A stretch of DNA of 64,000 nt from an uncultured Puniceicoccaceae bacterium (GTDB lineage Bacteria; Verrucomicrobiota; Verrucomicrobiia; Opitutales; Oceanipulchritudinaceae). This document shows positions 39,228 through 48,920 of this stretch, piece after piece (position 1 is the first letter of the stretch; each line of letters starts with the position of its first letter). The notes beneath the pieces were generated by a model. It had not been told where the DNA came from. It searched no databases and saw nothing but the letters and a program-made list of their open reading frames with translations. The DNA is taken from assembly GCA_963933835.1 (NCBI GenBank), contig CAWVVV010000006.1:38681-102680 (forward strand), given 5' to 3'. Both the position numbers and the translations under genes were made by a program.

Positions 39228-39992
39228 TTAGCGGCTGGTGATTTCGGTGATTTCGATTGGCAGCGGTGTAAAGGTCGCTGGCTTCACTTCTCCGAGGCGG
39301 AATTTGATCAGCGTCGAGATTGCGGGGGCGAGGGCGTTGTTTTCGCGGCGTTCCCAGCCGTCGGCAGTAGGGATGATAAGTCCGCCTACAGTGCCGTTTT
39401 CATCGGCGTAGAATCCCATCGAGAGGCCCATATAGAGGACATTGACGGTTGTTTTGCCGATTTGTTCGCCATCGATCGTCCATTCTGAGTTGAATTTATC
39501 GATCTCATTGAGAATGCCGATCACGATCGCCATGCGTTGTGCGGCTTGCTTTGGCTTGCCTAGCTGGTCGGTGAGGGCGGAAAGCTTTTTTGAAAGCGGC
39601 GCTGGCAGTGTTTTGCTGAGGGCGCGGATCCGTGCTTCGTATTCAGGTGCGAAATCGAGCACCACTTTGTTGGCCTTACGGAGCGCTGCGATCTCATCCT
39701 GCTTAGTACTGATGGTCATTTGTGCAGATGAAACAGTGTTTTCCGCTGTTTCAATCTGTGCTTTGAGCGCCTCGATTTCAGATTCAAAGAATTCTATGCG
39801 TCGTTCTGACACTTCTTTATAGACCTTCCACTCATTCTTGGTCTGAGCAATTTGCTGACGCGAGAAGACGTAGTCGGAGACCGCTTGTTGCGTCTTCTCA
39901 ATTGGGGTTTTGGGAGCTTGCGCGACGAGTAACGGATTCGCCAAGAGTAAGAGTGCAATGACTCCGAGGCCGGAGAGGGCTAATTTTTTCAT
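39228..39992 (-). CDS. DUF3450 (TtpB-like) periplasmic coiled-coil protein
   Basis: Signal peptide, coiled coil, C-terminal P...LP; first gene of a TtpC-type operon. Confidence 0.75.
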   Translation of the reverse strand: MKKLALSGLGVIALLLLANPLLVAQAPKTPIEKTQQAVSDYVFSRQQIAQTKNEWKVYKEVSERRIEFFESEIEALKAQIETAENTVSSAQMTISTKQDEIAALRKANKVVLDFAPEYEARIRALSKTLPAPLSKKLSALTDQLGKPKQAAQRMAIVIGILNEIDKFNSEWTIDGEQIGKTTVNVLYMGLSMGFYADENGTVGGLIIPTADGWERRENNALAPAISTLIKFRLGEVKPATFTPLPIEITEITSR

Positions 39993-40385
39993 GCGTGAAG
40001 TTTACCTGATATTTGGGAGGAGGTTAAAGATGATTCGAAACAGAAATCGTCACGGATACTATAGAAATAAGAGGGGTATCCACTGCCTGCAGCTTGAACC
40101 GAAATCGGCTAAGTAAAGTGGGGTAGAAGGTTAGTCTTTTGATGATTTTTGAGATGTCTAGTGGATCACCTCTACGGTTTGCACTGTCAACGTAAGAGTG
40201 AGCCTTGGAGCCTGCGATTTCGTTATGCTACAATTATTTGGGGTTTTATATCGTGAGAGAAGATTTTCTTCAGAATATACCTAAAAAAGTAGCTCGCTGT
40301 AATAAATATAGAGGGGGGAATCGCCTTATACGGTGAATTGCCTTTACAACGCCGAGGCAGCCATCTTTCTTAGCCCGCTTTTCTC

Positions 40386-40580
40386 ATGATCAAGACCCGT
40401 AAATCGATAGCGAAGAAATTTAAAGTGACAGGCAGCGGAAAAGTCCTTCGTCGGACTCCAGGCCACCGTCACTTCCTTCGGAATAAATCGGTAAAGCAAA
40501 AGCGCCGTATGTGCCAAGATCGTCCGACTTCGGATGGTGTTGCTCGCATGGTCCGCATTGCTTGCCCGAATAAGTTCTAA
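40386..40580 (+). CDS. rpmI: 50S ribosomal protein L35
   Basis: KTRKS.AKKFKVTGSGK; precedes rplT. Confidence 0.96.
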   Translation: MIKTRKSIAKKFKVTGSGKVLRRTPGHRHFLRNKSVKQKRRMCQDRPTSDGVARMVRIACPNKF

Positions 40581-40665
40581 ACTTCTTCACGACAATAGCC
40601 CTGAGCTTGTGGGTGAATCTTACTAGGCGACCCCAAGCTCTCCATAACACATATAAAAGGAAAAC

Positions 40666-41031
40666 ATGCCCAGAGCCAGAAATGTAGCCGCGACGCGAAA
40701 GCGTCATCAACGCACGAAGAAAGCCGCTAAAGGTTACTTCGGAAATGCCAGCCGTCTCCACCGCTATGCTAAGCAAGCGGTCGATCGCGCAGGACAATAT
40801 GCTTACCGAGATCGTCGGAATCGCAAACGCGAGTTTCGCCGTCTTTGGATCGTTCGTATTAACGCCGCTTGCCGCGCAAATGGAATGGCCTACAGCCGCT
40901 TCATCGCCGGAATGAATGCCGCCAAGATCGAACTCGATCGCAAGGCGCTCTCAGAAATGGCGATTCACGACGAAGCAGCCTTTACGGCGCTTGTCGAGAA
41001 AGCGAAGTCTGCCATCGAAGAAGCCGCGTAA
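40666..41031 (+). CDS. rplT: 50S ribosomal protein L20
   Basis: AKGYFG, YAYRDRRNRKREFRRLWIVRINAA. Confidence 0.98.
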   Translation: MPRARNVAATRKRHQRTKKAAKGYFGNASRLHRYAKQAVDRAGQYAYRDRRNRKREFRRLWIVRINAACRANGMAYSRFIAGMNAAKIELDRKALSEMAIHDEAAFTALVEKAKSAIEEAA

Positions 41032-41059
41032 ATTGACGGTCAGTTGACCATCCTCTTTC

Positions 41060-41093
41060 AGCCGCAGACCTCCATGGGTCTGCGGCTTTTTTT
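41060..41093 (+). terminator. Intrinsic terminator after rplT
   Basis: AGCCGCAGACC...GGTCTGCGGC followed by T-run. Confidence 0.92.
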
Positions 41094-41204
41094 ATGCCCC
41101 CTTCGAGACGTTTCTGCTTTCGGGGGTTTACGGCTGCAATTGGGTTGAATTAGATTTTCCGCTTTCTTTCCCACCTTAACTCCGATTCTTTCCCCCTTTG
41201 CTCT

Positions 41205-42245
41205 ATGGAAGACGAACTCAAACAGATCCTCGCTCAGACCGCATCAGACATTCCGGCAATATCCAGCACGCCTGAATTTGAGCAGTTCAAGGCCCGCGTC
41301 CTCGGCCCGAACGGTTCCTTCACTGCGATGAGCAAGCAAATGGGCTCGATTCCAAAAGAAGAGAAGCCGGCGGCGGGTAAGCTGCTTAATGAATACAAAC
41401 GCAGCTTACAGGCCTTACTTGATCAAACCGTTGCCCGCCTCGAAGCGGAGACAATCGCTCGCGAGGTAGGCCCTCCAGTCGACGTTTCTCTTCAGAGCCC
41501 GACCCTGACCACTGGTTCTGCGCATTTAATCTCACAAGTCCGGGATGAAATTTGCAGTATCATGCGCAAAATTGGTTTTGTCGTAGCTGATGGTCCGGAA
41601 GTAGAAACCGAGTATTACTGCTTTGACGCACTCAATACACCAAAGAATCACCCTGCTCGCGACTTGCAGGACACCTACTACGTCGACCCGAAGGTGGAAT
41701 TTGGAAACGTATCTCAAAAGGCCGACGAGCGCTACTTGTTGAGGACGCATACCTCGAGTGTGCAAATCAGGACAATGCTAGAGACGCCGCCACCGGTTCG
41801 AATTTTGTCTCCAGGCCGCTGTTTTCGCCGAGACACCGCCGACGCCACACACAGTGCAAATTTCAACCAGATCGAAGCCCTCTATGTCGACAAGGGTGTG
41901 ACGATTAAGGACCTCAAAGCGGACCTCGATTATCTCTTCCGATCGCTTCTCGGAAAAGACGCAGAAACCCGTTTTCGCCCACACTACTTTAGTTACACTG
42001 AGCCGAGTTTTGAAGTCGACTTTAAGGTCGGCCATCTGGGCAAAGTTGGAAGTGAATGGATGGAGATTATGGGGTGCGGCATCGTCGATCCTGCTGTCTT
42101 CGAAGAAGTCGGCTATGATCCAGAGGTCTGGAGTGGATACGCCTTTGGACTCGGTATCGAGCGCATCGCGATGACGCTCTATGGCATCGATGATATCCGC
42201 TATCTCTATCAAAACGACATTCGTCTTCTGTCACAGTTTTCCTAA
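41205..42245 (+). CDS. pheS: Phenylalanine-tRNA ligase alpha subunit
   Basis: HPARDLQDT, LLRTHTS, DATHS, TEPSFEVD, FGLGIER. Confidence 0.98.
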   Translation: MEDELKQILAQTASDIPAISSTPEFEQFKARVLGPNGSFTAMSKQMGSIPKEEKPAAGKLLNEYKRSLQALLDQTVARLEAETIAREVGPPVDVSLQSPTLTTGSAHLISQVRDEICSIMRKIGFVVADGPEVETEYYCFDALNTPKNHPARDLQDTYYVDPKVEFGNVSQKADERYLLRTHTSSVQIRTMLETPPPVRILSPGRCFRRDTADATHSANFNQIEALYVDKGVTIKDLKADLDYLFRSLLGKDAETRFRPHYFSYTEPSFEVDFKVGHLGKVGSEWMEIMGCGIVDPAVFEEVGYDPEVWSGYAFGLGIERIAMTLYGIDDIRYLYQNDIRLLSQFS

Positions 42246-42276
42246 TACAGGCGGCTGACACCTTAAAATCTTTCAA

Positions 42277-44724
42277 ATGAAAATTTCCCGCAAATGGCTT
42301 CAGGCGTACGTCGACCTCAGCGAACGCTCAGACGATGAAATTTCCTACGCATTGACGATGCTCGGATTCGAAGTCGAATCGATCGAGTCAACTGGCTTAC
42401 CGCAGCTTGAATGTGTCGTCGTCGGTGAGATCCAGTCTTTCGAAAAGCACCCAGACGCTGATAAACTCTCAGTCTGTCAGGTTGATGTGGGTGATGGGAC
42501 AAGTCGGAATATCGTCTGCGGAGCGAAGAATTTTGTTCAAAACGACCGCGTCTTGGTGGCGCTTCCGGGCGCTGTCTTACCGGGCGACTTTAAAATCAAA
42601 GAGGGCAAGCTTCGCGGGGTTGTAAGCCAAGGAATGATGTGCTCTGAGCGCGAACTCGGCCTCGGTGATGAACACGCAGGGATCGCAATTCTGAAAGCTC
42701 GGCCGGAGCTCGGAACACCCGTAAATAGTGTGTATCAAGATGCTGGAGACACTGTATTAGATTTGGAGATCACTCCGAATCGTCCCGATGCGCTGAGCCA
42801 TGTTGGTATCGCTCGTGAGCTCGCAGCATGGTATCGAACAGGCCTTGTGTATGCAGATGTCACATTGCCCGTAGGCGACGAGTCATCAAGTTCGCTCATT
42901 GATTCGTTGGTCGTCGAAGATCCAGAGCGTTGCCCGCATTACCTCGGGTATTCGATCCGCGGGGTGAAGGTCGGGGAAAGTCCTGCTTGGCTCAAAGATG
43001 CTCTCCTTGCAGTTGGGCTGCGCCCGATCAACAATATCGTCGATGTAACAAACTTTGTCCTACATGAGCTCGGTCAACCTTTGCACGCTTTTGATGCGAA
43101 TAAAATAGGCGGAAAGACAATCATCGTCCGTGCTGCCAAGGAGGGTGAAAAGATTGTCACTCTTGATGATAAGGAACGTAAGCTTGAGCCATACATGACG
43201 GTGATCGCAGACGCGGAGAAACCGCTCGTGATCGCGGGTGTGATGGGCTCGGTCGATGCCGAGGTTGATGAATCGACGGTCGATGTTTTCTTGGAATCTG
43301 CATGGTTTGATCCAGCGATGACACGGCGCACCTCGCGGGCACTCATCTTATCTACAGATAGTTCCTACCGCTTTGAGCGGAGAGTAGATCCGTTACTGCA
43401 GGACAAAGCCGCGGCTCGTTGTATCCAACTCATCCTCGAAACCGCAGGCGGCCAACTTTCAATGAATTCAGTTGTGGCGGGTGAACCTCCGGCGACGACG
43501 ACGGTCGTGGAATTGAAGCCAGCATTTGTCCGCGAGCGTTTCGGCTTTGATGTCTCCAACGAAGTGATCAGGGATGCCTTGAGCGCTTTGGAATGTGTCG
43601 TCGATGGTGATGTAGCCGCAAGTGACGACGTAGCGCTCTTCCGCGTGACAATCCCGAGCTGGCGGGGTGACCTCCACCGTCCGGTCGACCTCGTTGAAGA
43701 GGTTATTCGAATTTATGGTTGTGACCAGATCCCCGAAGGTGAAGTGCGTTCGCGTGGCCTGATTTCTGAGGATCATCCGATTCCGGATTACTTACGCCGA
43801 GCGAGCACTTCTCTCGTAGGCAAGGGTTTCAACGAAACGATGCACTATTCGTTGCGCAAGGCGGATGAATTTGAACGCTGGTTCCCAGCAGAGAAAGCGT
43901 CTTCCTTAGCGCTACAAAACCCACTGGCCTCGGATGCCTCGCACCTTCGTTCATCGCTGCTGATGGGGCTGCTCGATTGTGTTAAGCTGAACCAATCTCG
44001 GCTCAACCACCCGCACCGCCTTTTCGAGACTGGACGGGTCTTCCGTGAATTCAACGGCAAGACGATCGAGCTCGTTAGTGTTGCCTTCGTTATGTGTCGC
44101 TCCACTGGACAGCAATGGCGTGAAGGCGAGACGGTTGATTACTATTCAGTCGCCGCAGTTATCAGTGAGTTAGGCGTCTTGGGTGGATTGAAGGCGGAGC
44201 CTGCTGGCTTTGAGGCGATCAATGAGAATCCGCTTTGGCAGACGGGGCAGGCTGCTCTTTGGGGTGATCTTCGTCGAGGATACGAGGCCCAGTTCGGCTT
44301 GCTATCACCTGAGCTCACTCGCGAGTGGGATATCGATGGGCTCGTTGTTGGTGGCTCTTTCTGCTTCACGCCTAAGTTCCTTCAGAAGGCTCGTAAACGA
44401 AAGAACTATTCGGCGCTCAGTGTGTTCCCACCTGCATCGCGTGATCTTGCGCTGCTTGTCGATGCTTCTGAGCCTTCAGGGAAGGTGCGGGTCGCGCTTG
44501 AGAAGCTTGCCCAGAGTTCGACGCCGAAGGATTTCGAAATGGAACGGTGCGGCGTCTTCGATGTTTACTTGGGCCAAGGCCTCCCTGAGGGCAAAAAATC
44601 TATTGCCTTCAGTCTTAGCTACCGGGCATCTGATCGCACGCTTAAGGACAAAGAGGTAAACAAGGCTTTTGAAGAGCTGCAGGTCTCGATAGCTAAGAAA
44701 ACGTCTTACGCAGTCCGAGCATAG
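42277..44724 (+). CDS. pheT: Phenylalanine-tRNA ligase beta subunit
   Basis: HPDADKL, IVCGA.N, ITPNRPD, GQPLHAFD, SSYRFER, GKKS.AF. Confidence 0.98.
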   Translation: MKISRKWLQAYVDLSERSDDEISYALTMLGFEVESIESTGLPQLECVVVGEIQSFEKHPDADKLSVCQVDVGDGTSRNIVCGAKNFVQNDRVLVALPGAVLPGDFKIKEGKLRGVVSQGMMCSERELGLGDEHAGIAILKARPELGTPVNSVYQDAGDTVLDLEITPNRPDALSHVGIARELAAWYRTGLVYADVTLPVGDESSSSLIDSLVVEDPERCPHYLGYSIRGVKVGESPAWLKDALLAVGLRPINNIVDVTNFVLHELGQPLHAFDANKIGGKTIIVRAAKEGEKIVTLDDKERKLEPYMTVIADAEKPLVIAGVMGSVDAEVDESTVDVFLESAWFDPAMTRRTSRALILSTDSSYRFERRVDPLLQDKAAARCIQLILETAGGQLSMNSVVAGEPPATTTVVELKPAFVRERFGFDVSNEVIRDALSALECVVDGDVAASDDVALFRVTIPSWRGDLHRPVDLVEEVIRIYGCDQIPEGEVRSRGLISEDHPIPDYLRRASTSLVGKGFNETMHYSLRKADEFERWFPAEKASSLALQNPLASDASHLRSSLLMGLLDCVKLNQSRLNHPHRLFETGRVFREFNGKTIELVSVAFVMCRSTGQQWREGETVDYYSVAAVISELGVLGGLKAEPAGFEAINENPLWQTGQAALWGDLRRGYEAQFGLLSPELTREWDIDGLVVGGSFCFTPKFLQKARKRKNYSALSVFPPASRDLALLVDASEPSGKVRVALEKLAQSSTPKDFEMERCGVFDVYLGQGLPEGKKSIAFSLSYRASDRTLKDKEVNKAFEELQVSIAKKTSYAVRA

Positions 44725-44736
44725 AGAGAGGCTAGG

Positions 44737-45012
44737 CTACTCGTAAACTTCCAGCGTGTAGGCTTTGCCTTTTGCCGCGTGGTTGCCAGTTCCTACGACG
44801 ATACGATTGGAGGAAATGACGCTGAGGTTGCTTGCGGCTCCGCTCTCATCTTGACCAAGTTCGATCCACGGGTGCCAGGTATCGCCCTCGTCGCCCAGCA
44901 GCATGGCGGGCGCGGAGGCTTTGACTTGTTGGGATAGGGTGGGGCTTTGGCAGCCAGCTAGGCTGAGTGCGAGCAAGCTCAGGAGAGCAAAGAGGATCTT
45001 CGGGGCTTTCAT
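44737..45012 (-). CDS. Small putative lipoprotein
   Basis: MKAPK + hydrophobic core + lipobox LAGC. Confidence 0.65.
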   Translation of the reverse strand: MKAPKILFALLSLLALSLAGCQSPTLSQQVKASAPAMLLGDEGDTWHPWIELGQDESGAASNLSVISSNRIVVGTGNHAAKGKAYTLEVYE

Positions 45013-45137
45013 TGATTCTTTAGGACGTTCGCAGTGAGGTTATATTCCAAAATCATCTGGACCCTAGTTCAGGGCAGATCATGGGGTAGTTGAGCTTGCG
45101 ATGAAGGTATCCTCTTCGCGAATCTTGTCGAACGATT

Positions 45138-45542
45138 ATGCCGCGCTTACGTCATCCGCCAGAAAACGATTTTGAGATCAAGCCGTCTTCGATCACAGGC
45201 GCAGGCCAAGGGTTGTTCGTTCGGCGAATGTTTGCTGAAGACGCTCTTCTAGGCCCTTACACAGGCGAGTTGATCACCTATATCGATCTCGCGGCGGGCC
45301 GCTTTTCCGGCTCGAATTACCTCCTCGGCCTGACCGCAAAATATCTCATAGCGGGTGAAGGTCCGATGGCGAACTACACGCGCTACATTAACCACAGCTC
45401 GACGCCCAATGCCCTGCTCGTCGTCTCCACACGGTGGAAAAGTGCTCACTTCGTTGCGATACGCGACATCTCTGCTGGTGAGGAAGTCTTCTTCGACTAT
45501 GGCGAGGAGTATTGGAAAAACGCGGATTATACACCTTCGTAA
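45138..45542 (+). CDS. SET-domain protein-lysine methyltransferase
   Basis: G.GLF, RYINHS..PN, RDI.AGEEV.FDYG. Confidence 0.92.
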   Translation: MPRLRHPPENDFEIKPSSITGAGQGLFVRRMFAEDALLGPYTGELITYIDLAAGRFSGSNYLLGLTAKYLIAGEGPMANYTRYINHSSTPNALLVVSTRWKSAHFVAIRDISAGEEVFFDYGEEYWKNADYTPS

Positions 45543-45587
45543 TCTCCGCGCTTGCCACACGGGCAACGGCATTCAGCCTTCGATTCT

Positions 45588-45887
45588 ATGTCTGATCGCA
45601 GCGCCGATATCGATATCGACTACGTGGCAAATCTCGCCCGCCTCGCCCTCACTGATGAAGAAAAAGTCCGCTATTCAGCTCAGCTGAGTGGCATTCTCGG
45701 CTATTTCGCGAAACTAAGCGATGTCGACGTCGAGGGCGTGAAGCCGTCCGCCCACGCCTTTGATCTCGAGAATGTTTGGCAAGCAGACGAGGTCAAAAAG
45801 GGTCTTTCGACCGAAGCCGCGTTGCAGAACGCCCCTGCCCAGCGGGATAACCAGATCATCGTTCCTAAAGTCGTCGATGACGCCTAG
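45588..45887 (+). CDS. gatC: Asp/Glu-tRNA amidotransferase subunit C
   Basis: YVANLARL, L.NAP......VPKV; precedes gatA. Confidence 0.95.
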   Translation: MSDRSADIDIDYVANLARLALTDEEKVRYSAQLSGILGYFAKLSDVDVEGVKPSAHAFDLENVWQADEVKKGLSTEAALQNAPAQRDNQIIVPKVVDDA

Positions 45888-45917
45888 TCGCCTAGGAATA
45901 ACTAAACTTTATTGTCC

Positions 45918-47378
45918 ATGTCTCTCATAGACCTCAGCCTCGCCGAGCTTTCCTCCGGCCTTAGCGCCCGCGAATTTTCCTCCTCCGAACTCGTCTCTTC
46001 CTGCGTCCAACAGGTGAAGGCAGTTGATGGCAAAATCGGGGCTTTCATTGCCCTCGATGAAGAGCGCGTTCTCGCTGCCGCCCAAGCCTCTGATGCCCGC
46101 CGCTCCGATGGCGCATGGATGAGCCCACTCGACGGGATCCCGGTCGGAATGAAGGATCTCATCGCCGTCCGTGACGAGCCGCTCACGTGTGCGAGTCAGA
46201 TTCTAAAAGACTTTATCTCGCCTTATGATGCGGGTGTGGCCGAGCGCTTGAAGGGCTCGGGGATGATTCCTTTTGGCCGCCTCAATATGGACGAGTTCGC
46301 GATGGGCTCTTCGAACGAAAACTCCTCCGTGAAACCAGTCGCGAATCCTTGGAACCAAGACTGCATCCCCGGTGGTAGTTCCGGTGGTAGCGCTGCTTCG
46401 GTTGCGGCGCGCGAAGTGCCGGTATCGCTGGGCTCGGATACAGGCGGTTCGATTCGCCAACCAGCCTCGCTTTGCGGCGTTGTTGGCCTCAAGCCGACCT
46501 ACGGCCGAGTCTCCCGTTATGGCCTTGCCGCTTTTGCTTCGTCGCTCGATCAAATCGGCCCCGTCGGGCGCACTGTCGCTGACGCCGCTGCGCTGCTCGA
46601 TGTCATCTGTGGACATGATGAACGTGATTCGACCTCGGTAAGCTTCGATGGCCCGCACACGCTCGAAAGCCTCAAGCAAGAGCTCAAGCCGTCCCGCCTT
46701 GGTGTGCCGAAAGAGTTTTTCGCAGAAGGCCTCGATCCCGAAGTGCGTGCTACGGTGGAAAAGGCGATCGACTGGTATGCGAAGGCTGGGTGGGACATTG
46801 TCGAAGTGTCCCTCCCACAGACGGATCTTTCGGTGCCGGTGTATTACGTTGTCGCTACAGCAGAGGCTTCGTCAAATCTCGCCCGCTACGATGGCATTCG
46901 CTACGGTCACCGAACCGAAAACGCCACCAATGCGATCGACCTTTACTTCAAGTCACGCGCCGAAGGATTTGGCGATGAGGTCAAACGCCGGATCATTCTT
47001 GGCACCTACGTGCTCAGTAGTGGGTATTACGATGCCTACTACAAACGCGCTCAGCAGGTCCGCACCCTCATACGGGAAGACTTCACAAATGCTTTTGAAA
47101 AGGTCGACGCGCTCCTCACGCCAACCTCGCCGACAACCGCCTTTAAACGCGGAGAAAGGTCGAACGACCCGCTCGCGATGTATTTGAGCGACATCTATAC
47201 GATCTCTACCAACCTCGCGGGCAACCCTGGCATCTCGATCCCATGTGGGTTCTCAGAGGATGGACTGCCGATCGGATTGCAATTGATCGGAAAACCTTAC
47301 GCAGAAGCTCAGCTTCTCCAGATCGCCCACGCCTACGAAGGGGCGCACTCATGGGCCGACCGCAAACCTGAGCTCTAA
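45918..47378 (+). CDS. gatA: Asp/Glu-tRNA amidotransferase subunit A
   Basis: NMDEFAMGSS, PGGSSGGSAA, DTGGSIRQPA, EVKRRIILGT. Confidence 0.98.
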   Translation: MSLIDLSLAELSSGLSAREFSSSELVSSCVQQVKAVDGKIGAFIALDEERVLAAAQASDARRSDGAWMSPLDGIPVGMKDLIAVRDEPLTCASQILKDFISPYDAGVAERLKGSGMIPFGRLNMDEFAMGSSNENSSVKPVANPWNQDCIPGGSSGGSAASVAAREVPVSLGSDTGGSIRQPASLCGVVGLKPTYGRVSRYGLAAFASSLDQIGPVGRTVADAAALLDVICGHDERDSTSVSFDGPHTLESLKQELKPSRLGVPKEFFAEGLDPEVRATVEKAIDWYAKAGWDIVEVSLPQTDLSVPVYYVVATAEASSNLARYDGIRYGHRTENATNAIDLYFKSRAEGFGDEVKRRIILGTYVLSSGYYDAYYKRAQQVRTLIREDFTNAFEKVDALLTPTSPTTAFKRGERSNDPLAMYLSDIYTISTNLAGNPGISIPCGFSEDGLPIGLQLIGKPYAEAQLLQIAHAYEGAHSWADRKPEL

Positions 47379-47385
47379 ACTGAAA

Positions 47386-48846
47386 ATGGAATACGAAGCA
47401 GTTATTGGACTCGAAGTGCACGTGCAGCTCCGCACGCGCTCAAAGATGTTTACCCGCGTGGGCCAAGGTTTTGGTGCTGAGCCTAACACCCTTGTCGATC
47501 CCGTCATCATGGGGCTGCCAGGCGTCCTGCCGGTCTTGAACAAGGAAGCCCTTGATCAATCGATCCGTGTTGGCCTGATCTTTGACTCGACGATCCCAGA
47601 TGTCTGTAAATGGGACCGGAAGAACTACTTTTACCCCGACAGCACGAAGAACTACCAGCTTACCCAATTTGACCAACCGATTTGCGATGGCGGTAAAGTG
47701 GAGATTGAGCTCCCCGGTTCAGCCCCGAACGTCATGGGTGAACACCGCACCGTTCAGCTCACACGCGCGCACCTCGAAGAAGATGTTGGCAAATTAACCC
47801 ACTTTGAGCGCGACTCCCTTGTAGACTACAATCGCGCCGGCACACCACTGCTCGAGATCGTTACTGATCCGGATATGAGCTATGCCGATGAAGCGGTCGC
47901 GTTTCTCCAAGCCCTCCGCATGCACCTCGTCGAGGCAGGTATCAGCGACTGCGATATGGAAAAAGGCCAGATGCGCTGTGATGCCAATGTCAGCATCCGC
48001 CCGGTTGGCTCCAATGAGCTGCGTTCGCGCTGGGAGATGAAGAATCTCAACACCATCACAGGGGTTAAAAACGGGATCAACTACGTCATTCGGAAGCAGA
48101 CTCGCCTCTACGAAAGTGGCAAACCTGTCTATCAGGAAACCCACCGATGGGATCCCGATGCAGGAGTCACACAAAAGATGCGTGGCAAAGAAGATGCTCA
48201 CGACTACCGCTACTTCCCCGATCCGGATTTGATGCCAGTGCGTTTCCCGCGTGACGAAGTCGAAAAGCTTAAGGCAGTGCTCCCCGAGCGTGTCTTTGAT
48301 CGCCAGCGCCGCTACCAAGCAGACCTTAAATTGCCCTACACCGTTACCTCGGTGATTTGTTACGACCACGAGCTCGCTCAGTTCTTTGAAGCGTGCTTGA
48401 AAGTCTATGGCAAAAACCCATTAGCGCTCGCCAACTACATAGCGAATGACCTTCAGCGCGAACGCGGCGCTGGGGTCGAAGAAGGGAGCCTTCCGATGGC
48501 CGAGCTCGCGCTTACACCCGAGCTCCTTGGTGAACTCGTCAAAGTCATCGATGACGGCATGATCACAAAGCAGGCGGCGAAAGACGTCTTCACTGAAACT
48601 TTTAAAACCGGCAAGTCACCTCTCGCGATCATCGAAGAGAAGGGTCTCAAGGATGACACCGATGATGGCGACCTCGAAGCCATTTGCCGCACCGCCGTCG
48701 AAGGCAATCCGAAGGCCGCTGCTGAGTTCCGCGAAGGCAACGCCAAAGCCCTCAATACCTTTATCGGCCCCGTCATGAAAGCGACGAGAGGCAAAGCCAA
48801 TCCACAGAAAGTCCAGCAAGCGCTGCGGAAGATCTTGGGGAGTTAG
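47386..48846 (+). CDS. gatB: Asp/Glu-tRNA amidotransferase subunit B
   Basis: IGLEVHVQL, RKNYFYPD, DYNRAG.PL.EIV, DYRYFPDPDL. Confidence 0.98.
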   Translation: MEYEAVIGLEVHVQLRTRSKMFTRVGQGFGAEPNTLVDPVIMGLPGVLPVLNKEALDQSIRVGLIFDSTIPDVCKWDRKNYFYPDSTKNYQLTQFDQPICDGGKVEIELPGSAPNVMGEHRTVQLTRAHLEEDVGKLTHFERDSLVDYNRAGTPLLEIVTDPDMSYADEAVAFLQALRMHLVEAGISDCDMEKGQMRCDANVSIRPVGSNELRSRWEMKNLNTITGVKNGINYVIRKQTRLYESGKPVYQETHRWDPDAGVTQKMRGKEDAHDYRYFPDPDLMPVRFPRDEVEKLKAVLPERVFDRQRRYQADLKLPYTVTSVICYDHELAQFFEACLKVYGKNPLALANYIANDLQRERGAGVEEGSLPMAELALTPELLGELVKVIDDGMITKQAAKDVFTETFKTGKSPLAIIEEKGLKDDTDDGDLEAICRTAVEGNPKAAAEFREGNAKALNTFIGPVMKATRGKANPQKVQQALRKILGS

Positions 48847-48864
48847 CCTTCTGATGATTGCACG

Positions 48865-48894
48865 AAAAAGCCCACTTCGACTTGAAGTGGGCTT
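48865..48894. terminator. Terminator hairpin between convergent genes
   Basis: AAAAAGCCCACTTC...GAAGTGGGCTT. Confidence 0.8.
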
Positions 48895-48920
48895 GTAGTG
48901 AAAAGTTGGGACGAACGCGT

